Shown here: positions 27,860 to 38,411 of the stretch, piece after piece
Position numbering within the stretch: the stretch's first letter is position 1
Layout of the letters: each line of letters starts with the position of its first letter
NCBI GenBank assembly: GCA_041688155.1
Contig: JBDNIW010000012.1
Coordinates: forward strand, 202 to 64,201
Reading direction: 5' to 3'
DNA length: 64,000 nt
Origin: Minisyncoccota bacterium
Lineage (GTDB): Bacteria > Patescibacteriota > Minisyncoccia > Phycocordibacterales > UBA918
Translations under genes and position numbers: made by a program
The notes under the pieces: generated by a model
Told to the model about the DNA's origin: nothing
The model's input: the letters and a program-made list of their open reading frames with translations, nothing else
Database searches by the model: none

Positions 27860-28621
27860 ATGGAAATTATTTTAGCCTTTGTAATGATGGTGTGGACGCA
27901 GTGGTTTGGTGGTGGGGTGGTCGAGCCGGTGCTGACTCCGGCCGAACAGTCGGTCCAAATTGAAGTGGTTGCAGTCATGTCGGTGATTGACGGCGACACC
28001 ATTCGCGTCTCGATTGATGGTGTTACAGAAACCGTACGCTACATCGGCATCGACACTCCCGAACCGTATCGCGACCGGGAGCCAGCTTGCTACAGTGCGC
28101 AAGCAACAGCAAAAAACCAGGCGCTGCTCGCAGCCGGAGTAGTCACGCTAGTAGCTGATGCTGAAAACCGTGATCGTTACGATCGGTTGTTACGCTACGT
28201 CTACGTTGACGGCACTTTGCTTAACGAGCAGTTGGTCCGCGGCGGGTACGCCACGACGATGACCATCCCCCCAAACACCGCCAAGCGAGAACTGCTCTCC
28301 GTCGCCGAGGCAGACGCTCAGACCGCTGGAGCTGGACTATGGTCGGCTTGTGCGGCGACTGCACCGCAACCAGAGTCAGTCGCCATCGAGCTAGAAGCCA
28401 CACCCGAACCACTCGCCCTAGTTGACGTCTCCAGACTCAGTCCGGGACAACAGCAACTCCTCGAGACACTCGGTATCGACGGTACCGCATTTACCATCAA
28501 TCAGCAGATGATCACCTGCGCCGAGGCAGCTGTCGGCGCTGACCGCGTTGCTGCCGTCACCGCAGGTGGGTTGCCAACGTTTATGGAAGGAGTCCGGTTG
28601 GTAGGGTGTTACCGCCAGTAG
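27860..28621 (+). CDS. thermonuclease (SNase) family exported nuclease with extra C-terminal domain
   Basis: VIDGDTI, VRYIGIDTPE, DRYDRLLRYVY, GLW. Confidence 0.92.
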   Translation: MEIILAFVMMVWTQWFGGGVVEPVLTPAEQSVQIEVVAVMSVIDGDTIRVSIDGVTETVRYIGIDTPEPYRDREPACYSAQATAKNQALLAAGVVTLVADAENRDRYDRLLRYVYVDGTLLNEQLVRGGYATTMTIPPNTAKRELLSVAEADAQTAGAGLWSACAATAPQPESVAIELEATPEPLALVDVSRLSPGQQQLLETLGIDGTAFTINQQMITCAEAAVGADRVAAVTAGGLPTFMEGVRLVGCYRQ

Positions 28622-28637
28622 GGTCGGTGTCTGGGAT

Positions 28638-28892
28638 TTAGCCGGGACGTAGGCCTTTGCGGGATTTGCGCGCTGTACTTCCGTCGGCAGTTTTTTGGAA
28701 TCTATTGCGCAGATCAGCTACGCCAGGCGCACTAGCGGGCCCAGCTGGTTTGGAAGCCGCCACCGTTTTATTTAGTCGGTCACGCCAAAGCTGCCCAGCC
28801 GTAGCTGGCTCAGTAGTTTCAACTTTTGATTCTGTATCCGTAGTCCTCGGCTCAGTGGTCAGATCATCAGGGTTCGGCGCGTCGGTTGTCAT
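28638..28892 (-). CDS. hypothetical protein
   Basis: 84 aa ORF filling the intergenic space, preceded by a -10-like box. Confidence 0.5.
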   Translation of the reverse strand: MTTDAPNPDDLTTEPRTTDTESKVETTEPATAGQLWRDRLNKTVAASKPAGPASAPGVADLRNRFQKTADGSTARKSRKGLRPG

Positions 28893-28996
28893 GCTGGCAG
28901 TGTAGCAAGTTTTATGGTGCTGTACAGTGCGGACGTGGTTTCATCGTCCAATAGGTAGTTTTCCCACGACGTTTTTATTCGTGGTAGCATAAACCT

Positions 28997-29236
28997 ATGA
29001 AAAAAATATTCTGTAGCGACCTCGGTGGACCAGAGAACTGTGAGGTAGAGTTCAGAGGAGACGATCCGGCCGCTATAGTGAAAAACTGCCAAGAACACGT
29101 AATGGAGGAAGTAGAGGGCGGCGACAGCGACCACCAAGACGCCGTAGAAAACATGTCCGGCATGTCCCCCGAAGAACAACAAGAAAAATACACCGAGTAC
29201 CTACAAATTTGTACTGATGCGTTTAAGCGAGATTAG
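28997..29236 (+). CDS. DUF1059-like small metal-binding protein
   Basis: MKKIFCSDLGG..C..F.G..EHV..H. Confidence 0.75.
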   Translation: MKKIFCSDLGGPENCEVEFRGDDPAAIVKNCQEHVMEEVEGGDSDHQDAVENMSGMSPEEQQEKYTEYLQICTDAFKRD

Positions 29237-29285
29237 GGGAGTGGGAGTGTAAACAACAAACCACCCGTTTGGGTGGTTTGTCATT

Positions 29286-29690
29286 GTGGAGATGGCGGGA
29301 GTTGGTCACGAATCACTAAGTATATTGTTTCGCTGCGCTCACAATCTACTAAGTGTTCTCGACCCCGCCTCAACTGTTGTAGAGCCACATGTTTCCGTCT
29401 TTCAACTCCCGATGAAAGCAAAACTGTTTGCTTTCTCCATCTCCACCGAGCAAACAAAAAACGCTCTTGCGAGCGTTAATGTTTCCTGGTGGAGATGGCG
29501 GGAGTTGTCCTGACGGTCACAAATTCGCTTACGCTCATAAGTGCCGCGGGACATGGCTCGACTGTTTTGTGCCTTAGGAAAAGGCACAAAACATATCTCC
29601 GCTGTTCAACTCCCGACGAAAGCAAAACTGTTTGCTTTCTCCATCTCCACCGAGCAAACAAAAAACGCTCTTGCGAGCGTTAATGTTTCC
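29286..29690 (-). repeat. tmRNA 3'-end derived inverted/tandem repeat array with hairpin inserts
   Basis: Extra copies of CAACTCCCGCCATCTCCAC in both orientations; ~108-bp direct repeat at 29401 and 29605. Confidence 0.9.
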
Positions 29691-30085
29691 TGGTGGAGAT
29701 GGCGGGAGTTGAACCCGCGTCCGAATTAGGGTGCGATTGTGATTCTACAGTGTGTAGGACATTCTTTGGTTTAAAGTCGCTCACTCAAGAATGAACAAAA
29801 CATGAGCGCCTCGAGTTCTTACAATCTTGACCTGCTATATGAACGGTATAGTAGTGTCCAGTCTCGTGTTTATTTTACCCCACTCAGCGTATGAGACGTT
29901 TACTGAGGGAGCATCTCTCCGAGCGAGCGGTTACGCTACAGCGAAGGGAGAGAATCCAAACGCGTTAGCGTAAGGACTTGGTATTGCTTTGTTTGCAAGT
30001 ACAGAGTGGAACCTTTTAACGAATTGATTCCAATTTCGACACTGCACACAACCGACACGACTAACCGTCGATGCCTGGCATCCCC
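29691..30085 (-). ncRNA. ssrA: tmRNA; tag ANKAIPSPYANAFGFSPFAVA (29931-29996)
   Basis: 5' GGGGATG pairs with 3' CATCTCC-ACCA (G3-U), T-arm GCGGG-TTCAACT-CCCGC, tag ending AVA-stop, smpB nearby. Confidence 0.95.
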
Positions 30086-30138
30086 TATAGGGGTCCGACG
30101 TGGCAAGTAAAATTGCTGCGTCGGACTCTGGTAGGGAA

Positions 30139-30761
30139 CTATGTGCTTTCAATCTCTGGAGGCATAAGAAGCAACTGACGAAAATGGTCAATCGGGCGAT
30201 TCAGGTTGCTGTGACAGCTGTAATACAGACGGACCGGTATGACGCTCAGGTCAAGGTGACATTGCTGGTTGCAATAACCAGCTTGCATCAGTAGCGCCAA
30301 TTGGACTTGAGGGATATCTTGCGGTACGCCCATACTAATGGCCGATAACCACGTTTCGAAACTGATTCCCATGGGTATCTCCTTTGATTGAAATGTAATT
30401 TGGTTACTTAGAGGTGGTGCGGAGGTATCGACTATTCGATAGGTTTCCTCCGCAACGTGGTCTAGTTTAGGGGGCCAGCCCATGATTCGATCCAAACTTG
30501 TAGACCGGCTGGGTCGCGTTCGGCTGCCATCAAAAAGTCTTCGGCTAACATGCCGATGTCACTGAGTGCGTCGTGCAAAGCATCGCCTAAAGATGTTCCT
30601 GGCTCAATTTCATCAATGTCGATGTGCACACCAATTTCCAAATTGGCCGGCATACCTTCATCTTTGAGTATGCTATCCCAAAATTCTTTTTGTCCCATGT
30701 TCATCTCCTGTTGTTCTGTTGCAACCTGCTCTTTGCAAGAAGGATGGATCATTGTGACCAC
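30139..30761 (-). CDS. two overlapping hypothetical ORFs (30462-30761, 30139-30495), possibly one degraded gene
   Basis: ORF track; no recognisable motifs. Confidence 0.35.
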
Positions 30762-30780
30762 CTTTGAGTAACCAAATTAT

Positions 30781-31227
30781 TTACTGACTTTTCAAGGTTC
30801 TATCGATCTCGCGTTTGTTGTCGCGGTCCTTTATGGATTCTCGCTTGTCTGTCTTCTTTTTACCACGGGCGAGGGCAATTTTCAACTTTATTTTTCCACC
30901 TGAACCATACCACGAAATAGGCACTATTGTCAATCTGTTGGCTCTGGTTTCTACTTCGAGTCGGTCTAACTGTTTTTTGGACAAAAGTAGTTTGCGGGCT
31001 CGCTCGGGGTGGTAGTTTTTGCTGGTGTTGGCTACCTGGAACGGGGCGATGCTAGCGCCAGTGAGCCACGCCTCACCGTGGGTGATCATGACGTATGATC
31101 CTTCGAGTTTACCCTTGCCGGCACGGATTGATTTGACTTCGGACCCAATCAAAACCGCCCCCGCTTCAAACGTATCGAGGTGTTCAAAATCAAACGTGGC
31201 TTTGCGGTTTTTGATAAAAGTAGGCAT
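30781..31227 (-). CDS. smpB: SsrA-binding protein
   Basis: NRKATFDF, GSEVKSIRAG, RARKLLL, ARGKK..DKRE. Confidence 0.97.
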   Translation of the reverse strand: MPTFIKNRKATFDFEHLDTFEAGAVLIGSEVKSIRAGKGKLEGSYVMITHGEAWLTGASIAPFQVANTSKNYHPERARKLLLSKKQLDRLEVETRANRLTIVPISWYGSGGKIKLKIALARGKKKTDKRESIKDRDNKREIDRTLKSQ

Positions 31228-31274
31228 AGATTTAGATATTGTACTCTAGCAGTGGTAAGATAGCGAAACTAATT

Positions 31275-32222
31275 ATGATTTTTGAAGGCGACAGAGGTGT
31301 GATATCTGCCATAAAAGAAAAGAAACGCCTCATGGAGGCTGGGCTAGAACATGGACATATCAAACCACTGTTGGTAATTGACGGCGGCCTGATGAAAGGG
31401 GCGTATGGAGTTGGAGCAGCGTTGGCAATCGAGGAACTTGGTTTGACAGATGCGTTTGATAACGTAGTTGGTATTTCTTCTGGTGCCCCGACAGCAGCGT
31501 ATTTTGTCTCCGGAGATGTTTCTTCGGGTTCATCAGTGATTTGGAAATACTGTTGTTCAAAAGAGTTTCTGAATATGTGGCGGTTTTGGAACCAGGTTGA
31601 TACTGACTATTTTATGTCAGTTTTAAAGGATTCTACAAAATGCGGGCTACAAACTGACAAAATATTGAGTGCTCGTCCAAAGCTTCATATCGGTGTCGCT
31701 AATTTTGAGACAGGAAAACCTTCATTGTTCCAGCCAACAACTGAATCTGGTCTATTTAATAGCATTCAAGCATCGATACTGATGCCAAACGTCTCGAATG
31801 ACATTGTTCATATTGATGATATTAGATACGTAGATGGTGGATTTACTAACCCGCATGTTCTGACATGCGTACTAGACCAAATTGAGGTTACACACATGTT
31901 AATGATAACTAATCAGAATCATATCGATCAACTAATTCCTGACCTCCCTTGGCTCGAACGTTTTTTGAACCATACATTGTTTCGCAGAAGAATGCCAAAG
32001 TTGTTACGCTTTGCTGCGCACGAACGGTGGCGAACGAGAACGGTGGCGATTGAGAAAATAAAAAAAAATACGTCTATTGCGTGTGCGCTTGTTTGGGGAA
32101 ATCGATCAATCAAAAGTATGGAGCGTGACGCTGATAAAGTGCAACGGGTAGTTGAAGCGTCTCGAAAGTGGTGGATGGAGCTTCTGATTGACGAAACGGT
32201 GAAAGACACGCAAAATCCCTAG
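31275..32222 (+). CDS. patatin-like phospholipase
   Basis: DGGLMKGAYG, GISSG, DGG. Confidence 0.88.
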   Translation: MIFEGDRGVISAIKEKKRLMEAGLEHGHIKPLLVIDGGLMKGAYGVGAALAIEELGLTDAFDNVVGISSGAPTAAYFVSGDVSSGSSVIWKYCCSKEFLNMWRFWNQVDTDYFMSVLKDSTKCGLQTDKILSARPKLHIGVANFETGKPSLFQPTTESGLFNSIQASILMPNVSNDIVHIDDIRYVDGGFTNPHVLTCVLDQIEVTHMLMITNQNHIDQLIPDLPWLERFLNHTLFRRRMPKLLRFAAHERWRTRTVAIEKIKKNTSIACALVWGNRSIKSMERDADKVQRVVEASRKWWMELLIDETVKDTQNP

Positions 32223-32254
32223 CGTCAAGGCTCTTTTTCTGTATAATAGCGATC

Positions 32255-34348
32255 ATGACTAACCACGACAAAAACAAGCAGACTACCGACAAACCAACCC
32301 CTGAAACTCCAGTGGTTGTACCTGAGAGTGAGCCGGAAGAAACTGTCGATGAGGTAAAGCAGCCAAAAACCAAAATTCCTAAAGGTCACAAAGTCGACCT
32401 CAAAAAAGTCGGAAAAAACATGCAACTCGGTCCCGGAAATTTCTGGAACAATATGCTCTCAACAGTATTATTGTTGATTTTTGTAATTGCGGTGTTCTCA
32501 TACCTGACCGAAACACAGCCAGCTGAGCCGACGTCGCTGACGTTGTCTGCGGTAGTGAACCAGATCAAAGCGGGGGAAGTGAGTGAGATCATCGTGCGCG
32601 GGAGTACCATCGAGGTCAACTACAACGTCGAAGGTTGGGTCCCTGGTGAAGCCAAAAAAGAAGTTGATGCGTCGGTAACTGATTCGCTTACTAGTCTCGG
32701 GGTGACCACTGACGAACTGGCTACGGTATCAATCGACGTGCAGCGAGAAACCGGACTGGCGTACTGGCTGGGTATGCTGGCACCGTTTATTTTCCCATTG
32801 TTGTTCCTCGGGATTATTATTTGGTTTGTTTTGCGGTCGATGAAAGGTGGCGGGATGCAGGCGCTGAGTTTTGGGAACAGCAAAGCGCGCATGATTGACC
32901 CCGAAGACCTCAAAAACAAAGTGACGTTCAAAGACGTCGCCGGGGCCAAAGAAGCCAAGCAAGAGTTAGAAGAAATTGTCGATTTTCTCAAGAACCCGAA
33001 GAAGTTCCTCGACATTGGAGCGGAGATCCCGAAAGGCGTGATGATGATGGGGTCGCCAGGCACGGGAAAGACTCTGCTCGCGCGCGCCGTCGCCGGGGAA
33101 GCTGGGGTGCCGTTTTTCTCTATCTCTGGATCAGAGTTCGTGGAGATGTTTGTGGGTGTGGGTGCATCACGCGTGCGTGATTTGTTTAGTATGGCTAAGA
33201 AAAACTCACCGGCGATTATTTTTATCGATGAGATTGACGCGGTGGGACGGGTACGGGGGTCAGGGACAGGGGGTGGAAACGACGAGCGAGAGCAGACACT
33301 CAACCAGATATTGGTTGAGATGGACGGGTTTGAGCCTAACGCCAAGGTAATCATCATGGCCGCGACCAACCGGCCGGATGTGTTGGACCCAGCGTTGCTA
33401 CGGCCAGGTCGGTTTGACCGCCGGGTGACGATTGATCTACCTGACCGCCTCGATCGCGAGGCCATCCTCAAGGTCCACGCCCGCAAAAAACCTCTGCAAG
33501 AGGATGTGAACCTCGAAATCGTCGCTCAGCGAACGCCAGGATTCTCGGGTGCTGATCTAGCGTCACTCATGAACGAAGCGGCCATCCTGGCCGCCCGCGA
33601 AGAGCGTAAGAAAGTAGGTCAGTTTGACGTGATCCGTTCAATTGAGAAAGTCATGCTGGGACCTGAACGCAAAAGTCACGTGATGTCCAAATACGAAAAA
33701 ACCGTAACGGCGTATCACGAGGTAGGACACGCGCTCGTAGCCTCAGCGCTACCATACGCCGACCCAGTACAAAAAATCTCCATCATTTCCCGGGGGCGAG
33801 CAGCTGGATATACCCTGAAACTGCCTGACCAAGACCGTCGCATGCACACCAAAAAAGAATTCCTCGATGACATCGCGATGACGCTCGGTGGGTACGTGAC
33901 TGAGCAGATGATATTTAACGACCTCTCAACTGGTCCGAGTAACGACCTACAGGTGGTCGCGAATCTGGCCCGCGACATGGTCACCAAATACGGCATGAGC
34001 GAGACGCTTGGTCCGATTGCACTAGAAGGAACGGGTGGGCGAATGATTGGTGGTGGTATGAGCGAGAACCGCGGTTACAGTCCCCAGGTCGCTAAAGCCA
34101 TTGATGAGGAAGTGTCCAAAATTATCGAAGCTGGTATGGTAACCGCCAAAGAGATCCTCACCAAGTACCGCCCAGCACTGGAAGCAATCTCTAAACGCCT
34201 AGTCGAAGTCGAGACGATGGAGCGAGAAGAGTACGAAGCGCTACTCAAGCGAGAAGGAGTTGAAATCAAAGACGCGTACGAAGAAATGTACGGCGAAAAA
34301 AGAGCAGCAGCAGACCCAAGTAAAGTTGTAGAGTCAGCCAAAGCCTAA
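32255..34348 (+). CDS. ftsH: ATP-dependent zinc metalloprotease FtsH
   Basis: [29 protein letters not shown]. Confidence 0.99.
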   Translation: MTNHDKNKQTTDKPTPETPVVVPESEPEETVDEVKQPKTKIPKGHKVDLKKVGKNMQLGPGNFWNNMLSTVLLLIFVIAVFSYLTETQPAEPTSLTLSAVVNQIKAGEVSEIIVRGSTIEVNYNVEGWVPGEAKKEVDASVTDSLTSLGVTTDELATVSIDVQRETGLAYWLGMLAPFIFPLLFLGIIIWFVLRSMKGGGMQALSFGNSKARMIDPEDLKNKVTFKDVAGAKEAKQELEEIVDFLKNPKKFLDIGAEIPKGVMMMGSPGTGKTLLARAVAGEAGVPFFSISGSEFVEMFVGVGASRVRDLFSMAKKNSPAIIFIDEIDAVGRVRGSGTGGGNDEREQTLNQILVEMDGFEPNAKVIIMAATNRPDVLDPALLRPGRFDRRVTIDLPDRLDREAILKVHARKKPLQEDVNLEIVAQRTPGFSGADLASLMNEAAILAAREERKKVGQFDVIRSIEKVMLGPERKSHVMSKYEKTVTAYHEVGHALVASALPYADPVQKISIISRGRAAGYTLKLPDQDRRMHTKKEFLDDIAMTLGGYVTEQMIFNDLSTGPSNDLQVVANLARDMVTKYGMSETLGPIALEGTGGRMIGGGMSENRGYSPQVAKAIDEEVSKIIEAGMVTAKEILTKYRPALEAISKRLVEVETMEREEYEALLKREGVEIKDAYEEMYGEKRAAADPSKVVESAKA

Positions 34349-34391
34349 CTAGCTAGGATAAACAAAAACCGGCGCCATCAGGCGCTGGTTT

Positions 34392-35081
34392 TTATTTGAG
34401 TTGTTCGATACTCGTCACTAGGCCGTCTTCCATGTGGATGATGCGGTCACACCCCAGAGCGTATTCACGTTCGTGGGTGACCATGACGACGGTCTGGCCG
34501 TCGTTGCGGTTGAGGTCGGCGATCAGCGCGATCACTTGTGTGCCTGAGACGGTGTCGAGGTTAGCGGTTGGCTCGTCAGCAAACAGGATTTTGGGTTTGC
34601 CTGCGACCGCTCGCGCGATTGATACGCGCTGCTGCTCGCCACCGGAGAGTTCGGCTGGGAGGTTGGCGTATTTACCCTCGAGTCCGACGCCGTCTATCGC
34701 CGCTCGCGCCATGGCTTTGGCCTCAGCCCAGACATACCCGCGCATGAGTAGAGGGAGCATGACGTTTTCCTCTGCCGAGAGGTCGGGTACCAGCGCGTAG
34801 TTTTGGAACACGTACCCGAGGGTGTTCAGCCTAAAGGTGGTACTTTCGTGTTCGTTTAATGGGACTACGTCAATGCCGTTGACGATGATTGTTCCTTCGG
34901 TTGGCTCATCGAGTACCGACAGCTGATACATCAACGTTGATTTGCCCGCGCCTGATTTGCCCATGATGGCGACGAACTCACCTTCCTTCACGGTCACGTC
35001 AATCCCCTTGAGGATATGCGCTTCGAGCGCGCCTGTGCCGAATTTTCGATGAATGTTGGTAGCTGTGATTATATCGGTCAT
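34392..35081 (-). CDS. ABC transporter ATP-binding protein (LolD/MacB-type)
   Basis: GKSGAGKST, LSGGEQQR, ADEPTANLD. Confidence 0.95.
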   Translation of the reverse strand: MTDIITATNIHRKFGTGALEAHILKGIDVTVKEGEFVAIMGKSGAGKSTLMYQLSVLDEPTEGTIIVNGIDVVPLNEHESTTFRLNTLGYVFQNYALVPDLSAEENVMLPLLMRGYVWAEAKAMARAAIDGVGLEGKYANLPAELSGGEQQRVSIARAVAGKPKILFADEPTANLDTVSGTQVIALIADLNRNDGQTVVMVTHEREYALGCDRIIHMEDGLVTSIEQLK

Positions 35082-35097
35082 ATACAAATAATTAAAA

Positions 35098-36351
35098 TTA
35101 CTTCCTGCCCAGGATAGAGTTAAGGGTGTTTTGCCTGACGATGATCCAGGCTGGTATGAACCCTGCAAAGAGGGTGATAATCATCAAAATAATAAAGCGA
35201 TACAGGGTGCCAATTGGTTCCGCTACTAGGATGCCGTCACTAAAGGGAAAGTCGATGGGGTTGGCATCAAAGTATCCTACTAGGAACCCGTAGGTGATTA
35301 GTATCCCTAGTAGGGAGCCCACCAGTGCATAGAAGGCTGATTGCAACACATAGGCTACCTCGATAACCTTTCTGTCGATACCGATTCCTTTGAGAATCCC
35401 AATCTGTTGCCGTCTACTGATAGCGTTGATAAAGATTATGATAAAAATCGTGATGGACGCCACTATAATCCCGATTGCACCAATGAGGGTTCCAAGGATG
35501 CTAAATGTCTGTTTGATATCAGTAATAAATTTTGGCAGAGCTTCTTGAAACGTACGGATAATTCCAAACTCATCAAGCCCTTGTCCTACTAAAATAGCTT
35601 TAACCGCTATTCCCGTGGCTGGTGTTTTGTCAGCTAACCTAATGACAATCCCGTTAGCATCTCGACTGGAGCTGTCACTCAGCCGACGTAGTTCTTTTTC
35701 TGGTAGGTATACAAAACTAGCGACGTCACCTGCTTTGGCGTTGATGATGCCTTTGACGGTGAATTCTTGACTGGCACCGTTAACGGTGACTCGGACTGAG
35801 TCACCTGGAAATACATTTTCAAGTGAGCCAGTAATATCAGCAAAGCCAGCGGTGTAGCGGTCGAGATTAAGCGCACCGATTAGGATATAGCCTGATTCGT
35901 TTGGATTGAAATATTCACCCTCAACTAGATTGTCTGCTAGCGCGGTGACGGTATTTTCAGCGACAGGATCAATCCCTAACGCCCGGGCGCCAATCGTATT
36001 TGTTTCGATACCGAAATCACGCCTCGTCTTGTAGTTGGCGGTTACCTGTACGCTTTGGGTATATCGAATACTGTATGAAGCAACCTCTGGAATAGTATCC
36101 AGCGTCCGACGAATAGTTTCCGTTTGCAAAATCTTCTCCTCATCATCGAGTGCGGTAATGATGATGTCACCAATTGACTGGTCCTGCACCGCTCGTTCTG
36201 AGCCAGCAATCAGACCAACTAAAATACCTGACACAGCAATCAGATTGAGAAAGGTAAGCATCATCACAAAGATAATCAGGGCCGTGGTCCAGAAATTAGC
36301 CCGTTGGATTTGGCGGAAGCCGAGCAAGAACCCGATGCGGAGTGCGCGCAT
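35098..36351 (-). CDS. FtsX/MacB-like ABC permease
   Basis: 1+3 TM topology, RRQQIGILKGIG. Confidence 0.9.
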   Translation of the reverse strand: MRALRIGFLLGFRQIQRANFWTTALIIFVMMLTFLNLIAVSGILVGLIAGSERAVQDQSIGDIIITALDDEEKILQTETIRRTLDTIPEVASYSIRYTQSVQVTANYKTRRDFGIETNTIGARALGIDPVAENTVTALADNLVEGEYFNPNESGYILIGALNLDRYTAGFADITGSLENVFPGDSVRVTVNGASQEFTVKGIINAKAGDVASFVYLPEKELRRLSDSSSRDANGIVIRLADKTPATGIAVKAILVGQGLDEFGIIRTFQEALPKFITDIKQTFSILGTLIGAIGIIVASITIFIIIFINAISRRQQIGILKGIGIDRKVIEVAYVLQSAFYALVGSLLGILITYGFLVGYFDANPIDFPFSDGILVAEPIGTLYRFIILMIITLFAGFIPAWIIVRQNTLNSILGRK

Positions 36352-36356
36352 AGTGA

Positions 36357-37862
36357 CTAGGGCGCGACGACAATATCGCCTTGGTTAAGACCAGTAATCG
36401 CAGTGAAGCCGTCGTTACCAGTGAGGGTGACGTTTACCGTTGTGGTGGCTACCAGTTCGCCGACTTTGGTGCGCACTTGTGCACCGCCATCGGTCTGTGT
36501 GACGAATCGTGACGGGACGCGCAGACTGTCAGCGGCGTCAATAATCACGATGTCGATGTCAGCGTTCAGGCCACTACGCATCCAAACGGGAGTGTCATCA
36601 AGCGAAATAATGGCTTCGTAGTATGCCACCCCATCAATCTCGGTGGCTTGCAATGAGATGAATTCGATTGATCCAAGTAGCAGTGCGTCCGGTTGCGTGT
36701 CAAACACCGTGCGGACCGATTGTCCTAGGGCTAGCTTGCCAATGTCAATCTCCGGAATCCTCGCGGTTAATTCAAAATCAGTGGCCGCAAGCAGGGTAAT
36801 CACCGGTGTCGTGCCAACCGTCTCACCCGGCAAACTGTCGATCACGGTAATCGTGCCAGCAAATGGCGCGCGGATAGTGCGGTCTGCAATCTGGGCGTCG
36901 ACCCGGGCAATGCGAGCATTAGCGCTCGAGATGTCGGCGTTGGCGCGAGCGACTGATTCGCTGCGGGCTGGGGCATTGGTACTCACGGCGTTGATTTCGG
37001 CCAGTTCGAGGTCTTGCTCAGCGATAGTGATAGCGCTTGCGGCTTGGGTTTTGGCCAGGGTGTACCCATTACGATTAGCGATGTAGCGGGCTGATTCTTT
37101 GTTCGGGATGTCTATAGTCCAGGTCGTATTGCTGTAGCGCGAGTTAGCGCTAAATAGTACCTGAATCCCGCAATCACCCATGGTAACCGGCTGGTCGCTC
37201 GATACTGCATACGTACCAGACTCCAACCCAGATAGCCTGAACGAATACCCAGAGTTTGATCCAGACGAATACGTCTCGAGTGTATAGCGACCTTCCGCCT
37301 CGCAGGTGTAGGTCCCGGAGACTGTTGGTGCAATTGCCTCTTCACCCGGGTCGTCACTAGCGGCTGTGAGGTCAGTTGAGAGCAAGGTGCGGTACGCGTT
37401 GTTGATCAGATCAGCCTGGGTATTTCTGATAGTGGTCAGGGTGGTGGCCTTAAACGCAATTGCCCCGACCGTAGCAGCGCGCGATTCTGATTGGGGACCA
37501 GCTAGGAGTTCGTCGCGTGTAGCCACCGCGCGCGCGAGGTTCGCAAACGCGTCTTGCCGGTCGGCCTGCAAGGCACGGGATTCGAGTGTGATTAGCACAT
37601 CGCCCGCGGCCACCACGTCACCCCTGTTGACGTTGACGTTGGAAATAATCCCGGTGGTAGGAAACGCCAGCTCAGCGCTTTGCTCCGCCTCAACCACCCC
37701 GGTGACTGACACCAGCTGCTGCACGCTACCGCGGTCGACCGTAGCAGTCACATAGTCAATCGGCTGGTTACTGCGCACTGTCACCACCATAAAAATAATA
37801 AACCCAATCACCGCCAACGCAATCGCAACGTGAAAGGAACGGCTCATCAACAGCTTTTTCAT
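36357..37862 (-). CDS. efflux periplasmic adaptor (MacA/HlyD-like)
   Basis: GDVVAAGDVL, IRAPFAGTI, IPEIDIG, MRSGL. Confidence 0.9.
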   Translation of the reverse strand: MKKLLMSRSFHVAIALAVIGFIIFMVVTVRSNQPIDYVTATVDRGSVQQLVSVTGVVEAEQSAELAFPTTGIISNVNVNRGDVVAAGDVLITLESRALQADRQDAFANLARAVATRDELLAGPQSESRAATVGAIAFKATTLTTIRNTQADLINNAYRTLLSTDLTAASDDPGEEAIAPTVSGTYTCEAEGRYTLETYSSGSNSGYSFRLSGLESGTYAVSSDQPVTMGDCGIQVLFSANSRYSNTTWTIDIPNKESARYIANRNGYTLAKTQAASAITIAEQDLELAEINAVSTNAPARSESVARANADISSANARIARVDAQIADRTIRAPFAGTITVIDSLPGETVGTTPVITLLAATDFELTARIPEIDIGKLALGQSVRTVFDTQPDALLLGSIEFISLQATEIDGVAYYEAIISLDDTPVWMRSGLNADIDIVIIDAADSLRVPSRFVTQTDGGAQVRTKVGELVATTTVNVTLTGNDGFTAITGLNQGDIVVAP

Positions 37863-37924
37863 ATGCCCTAGTATAGCATCCTAGATATGTAGGGTGTTGC
37901 TGCACTGATGTTAGAAAAACCCTC

Positions 37925-38243
37925 TGTCTGCCCACTAGAACTTGAAACTTACAGTTTCAGTACAGGTTATCGACAGTTTATTTCGAAAACTCATAAACCT
38001 GTCTGATAACCTTCTCAAATAGTTTCCCAAACTATTTGAGCCTAGAACCACGAAGGTATATAGATATTCAAATTCTGAACATCTATACAGTCCTTCGCTC
38101 CAGATCTCAAATACTCGTAAACTCGTGCTTGAATCTTACTCTAGGACTGTAAGCTTCGCGCTCTACTTGGGCAAGTGAGGAGGTGTAGGAAAGTTTACTT
38201 TCGTATAGCCTCCGAACGCAGGACAAGCAAGCTTTGCTTACCG
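37925..38243 (-). pseudogene. tRNA-Ile copy interrupted by three hairpin inserts (T, anticodon and D loops)
   Basis: Collinear fragments of 38290-38362 at 37925-37946, 38041-38060, 38150-38166, 38239-38253. Confidence 0.85.
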
Positions 38244-38289
38244 ATTGAGCTACTTGGTTTGTATATGGCACAAAGAAACACTTTATTTG

Positions 38290-38362
38290 TCCGCCCGCTA
38301 GGACTTGAACCTAGAACCACGAAGGTATAAGCTTCGCGCTCTACCGATTGAGCTACAGGCGG
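38290..38362 (-). tRNA. tRNA-Ile(UAU)
   Basis: CCGCCTG/CGGGCGG acceptor, A73, anticodon arm CGAAG-CTTATAC-CTTCG, T-arm CTAGG-TTCAAGT-CCTAG; no encoded CCA. Confidence 0.9.
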
Positions 38363-38411
38363 ATGTCGGTGCTGTCTACTATAGCGCGAAGGAGCCCAGG
38401 GGACAACGGAC

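Noticed and set aside
29273-29729. CRISPR array or short ORFs in the tmRNA-flanking repeats
   Set aside because: The repeats derive from the tmRNA 3' end, alternate in orientation and are too long; the ORFs are shadows.
37925-38253. Functional intron-containing tRNA
   Set aside because: The inserts are under 100 nt with no group I/II core, and the 5' acceptor strand is missing, so splicing would not restore a tRNA.
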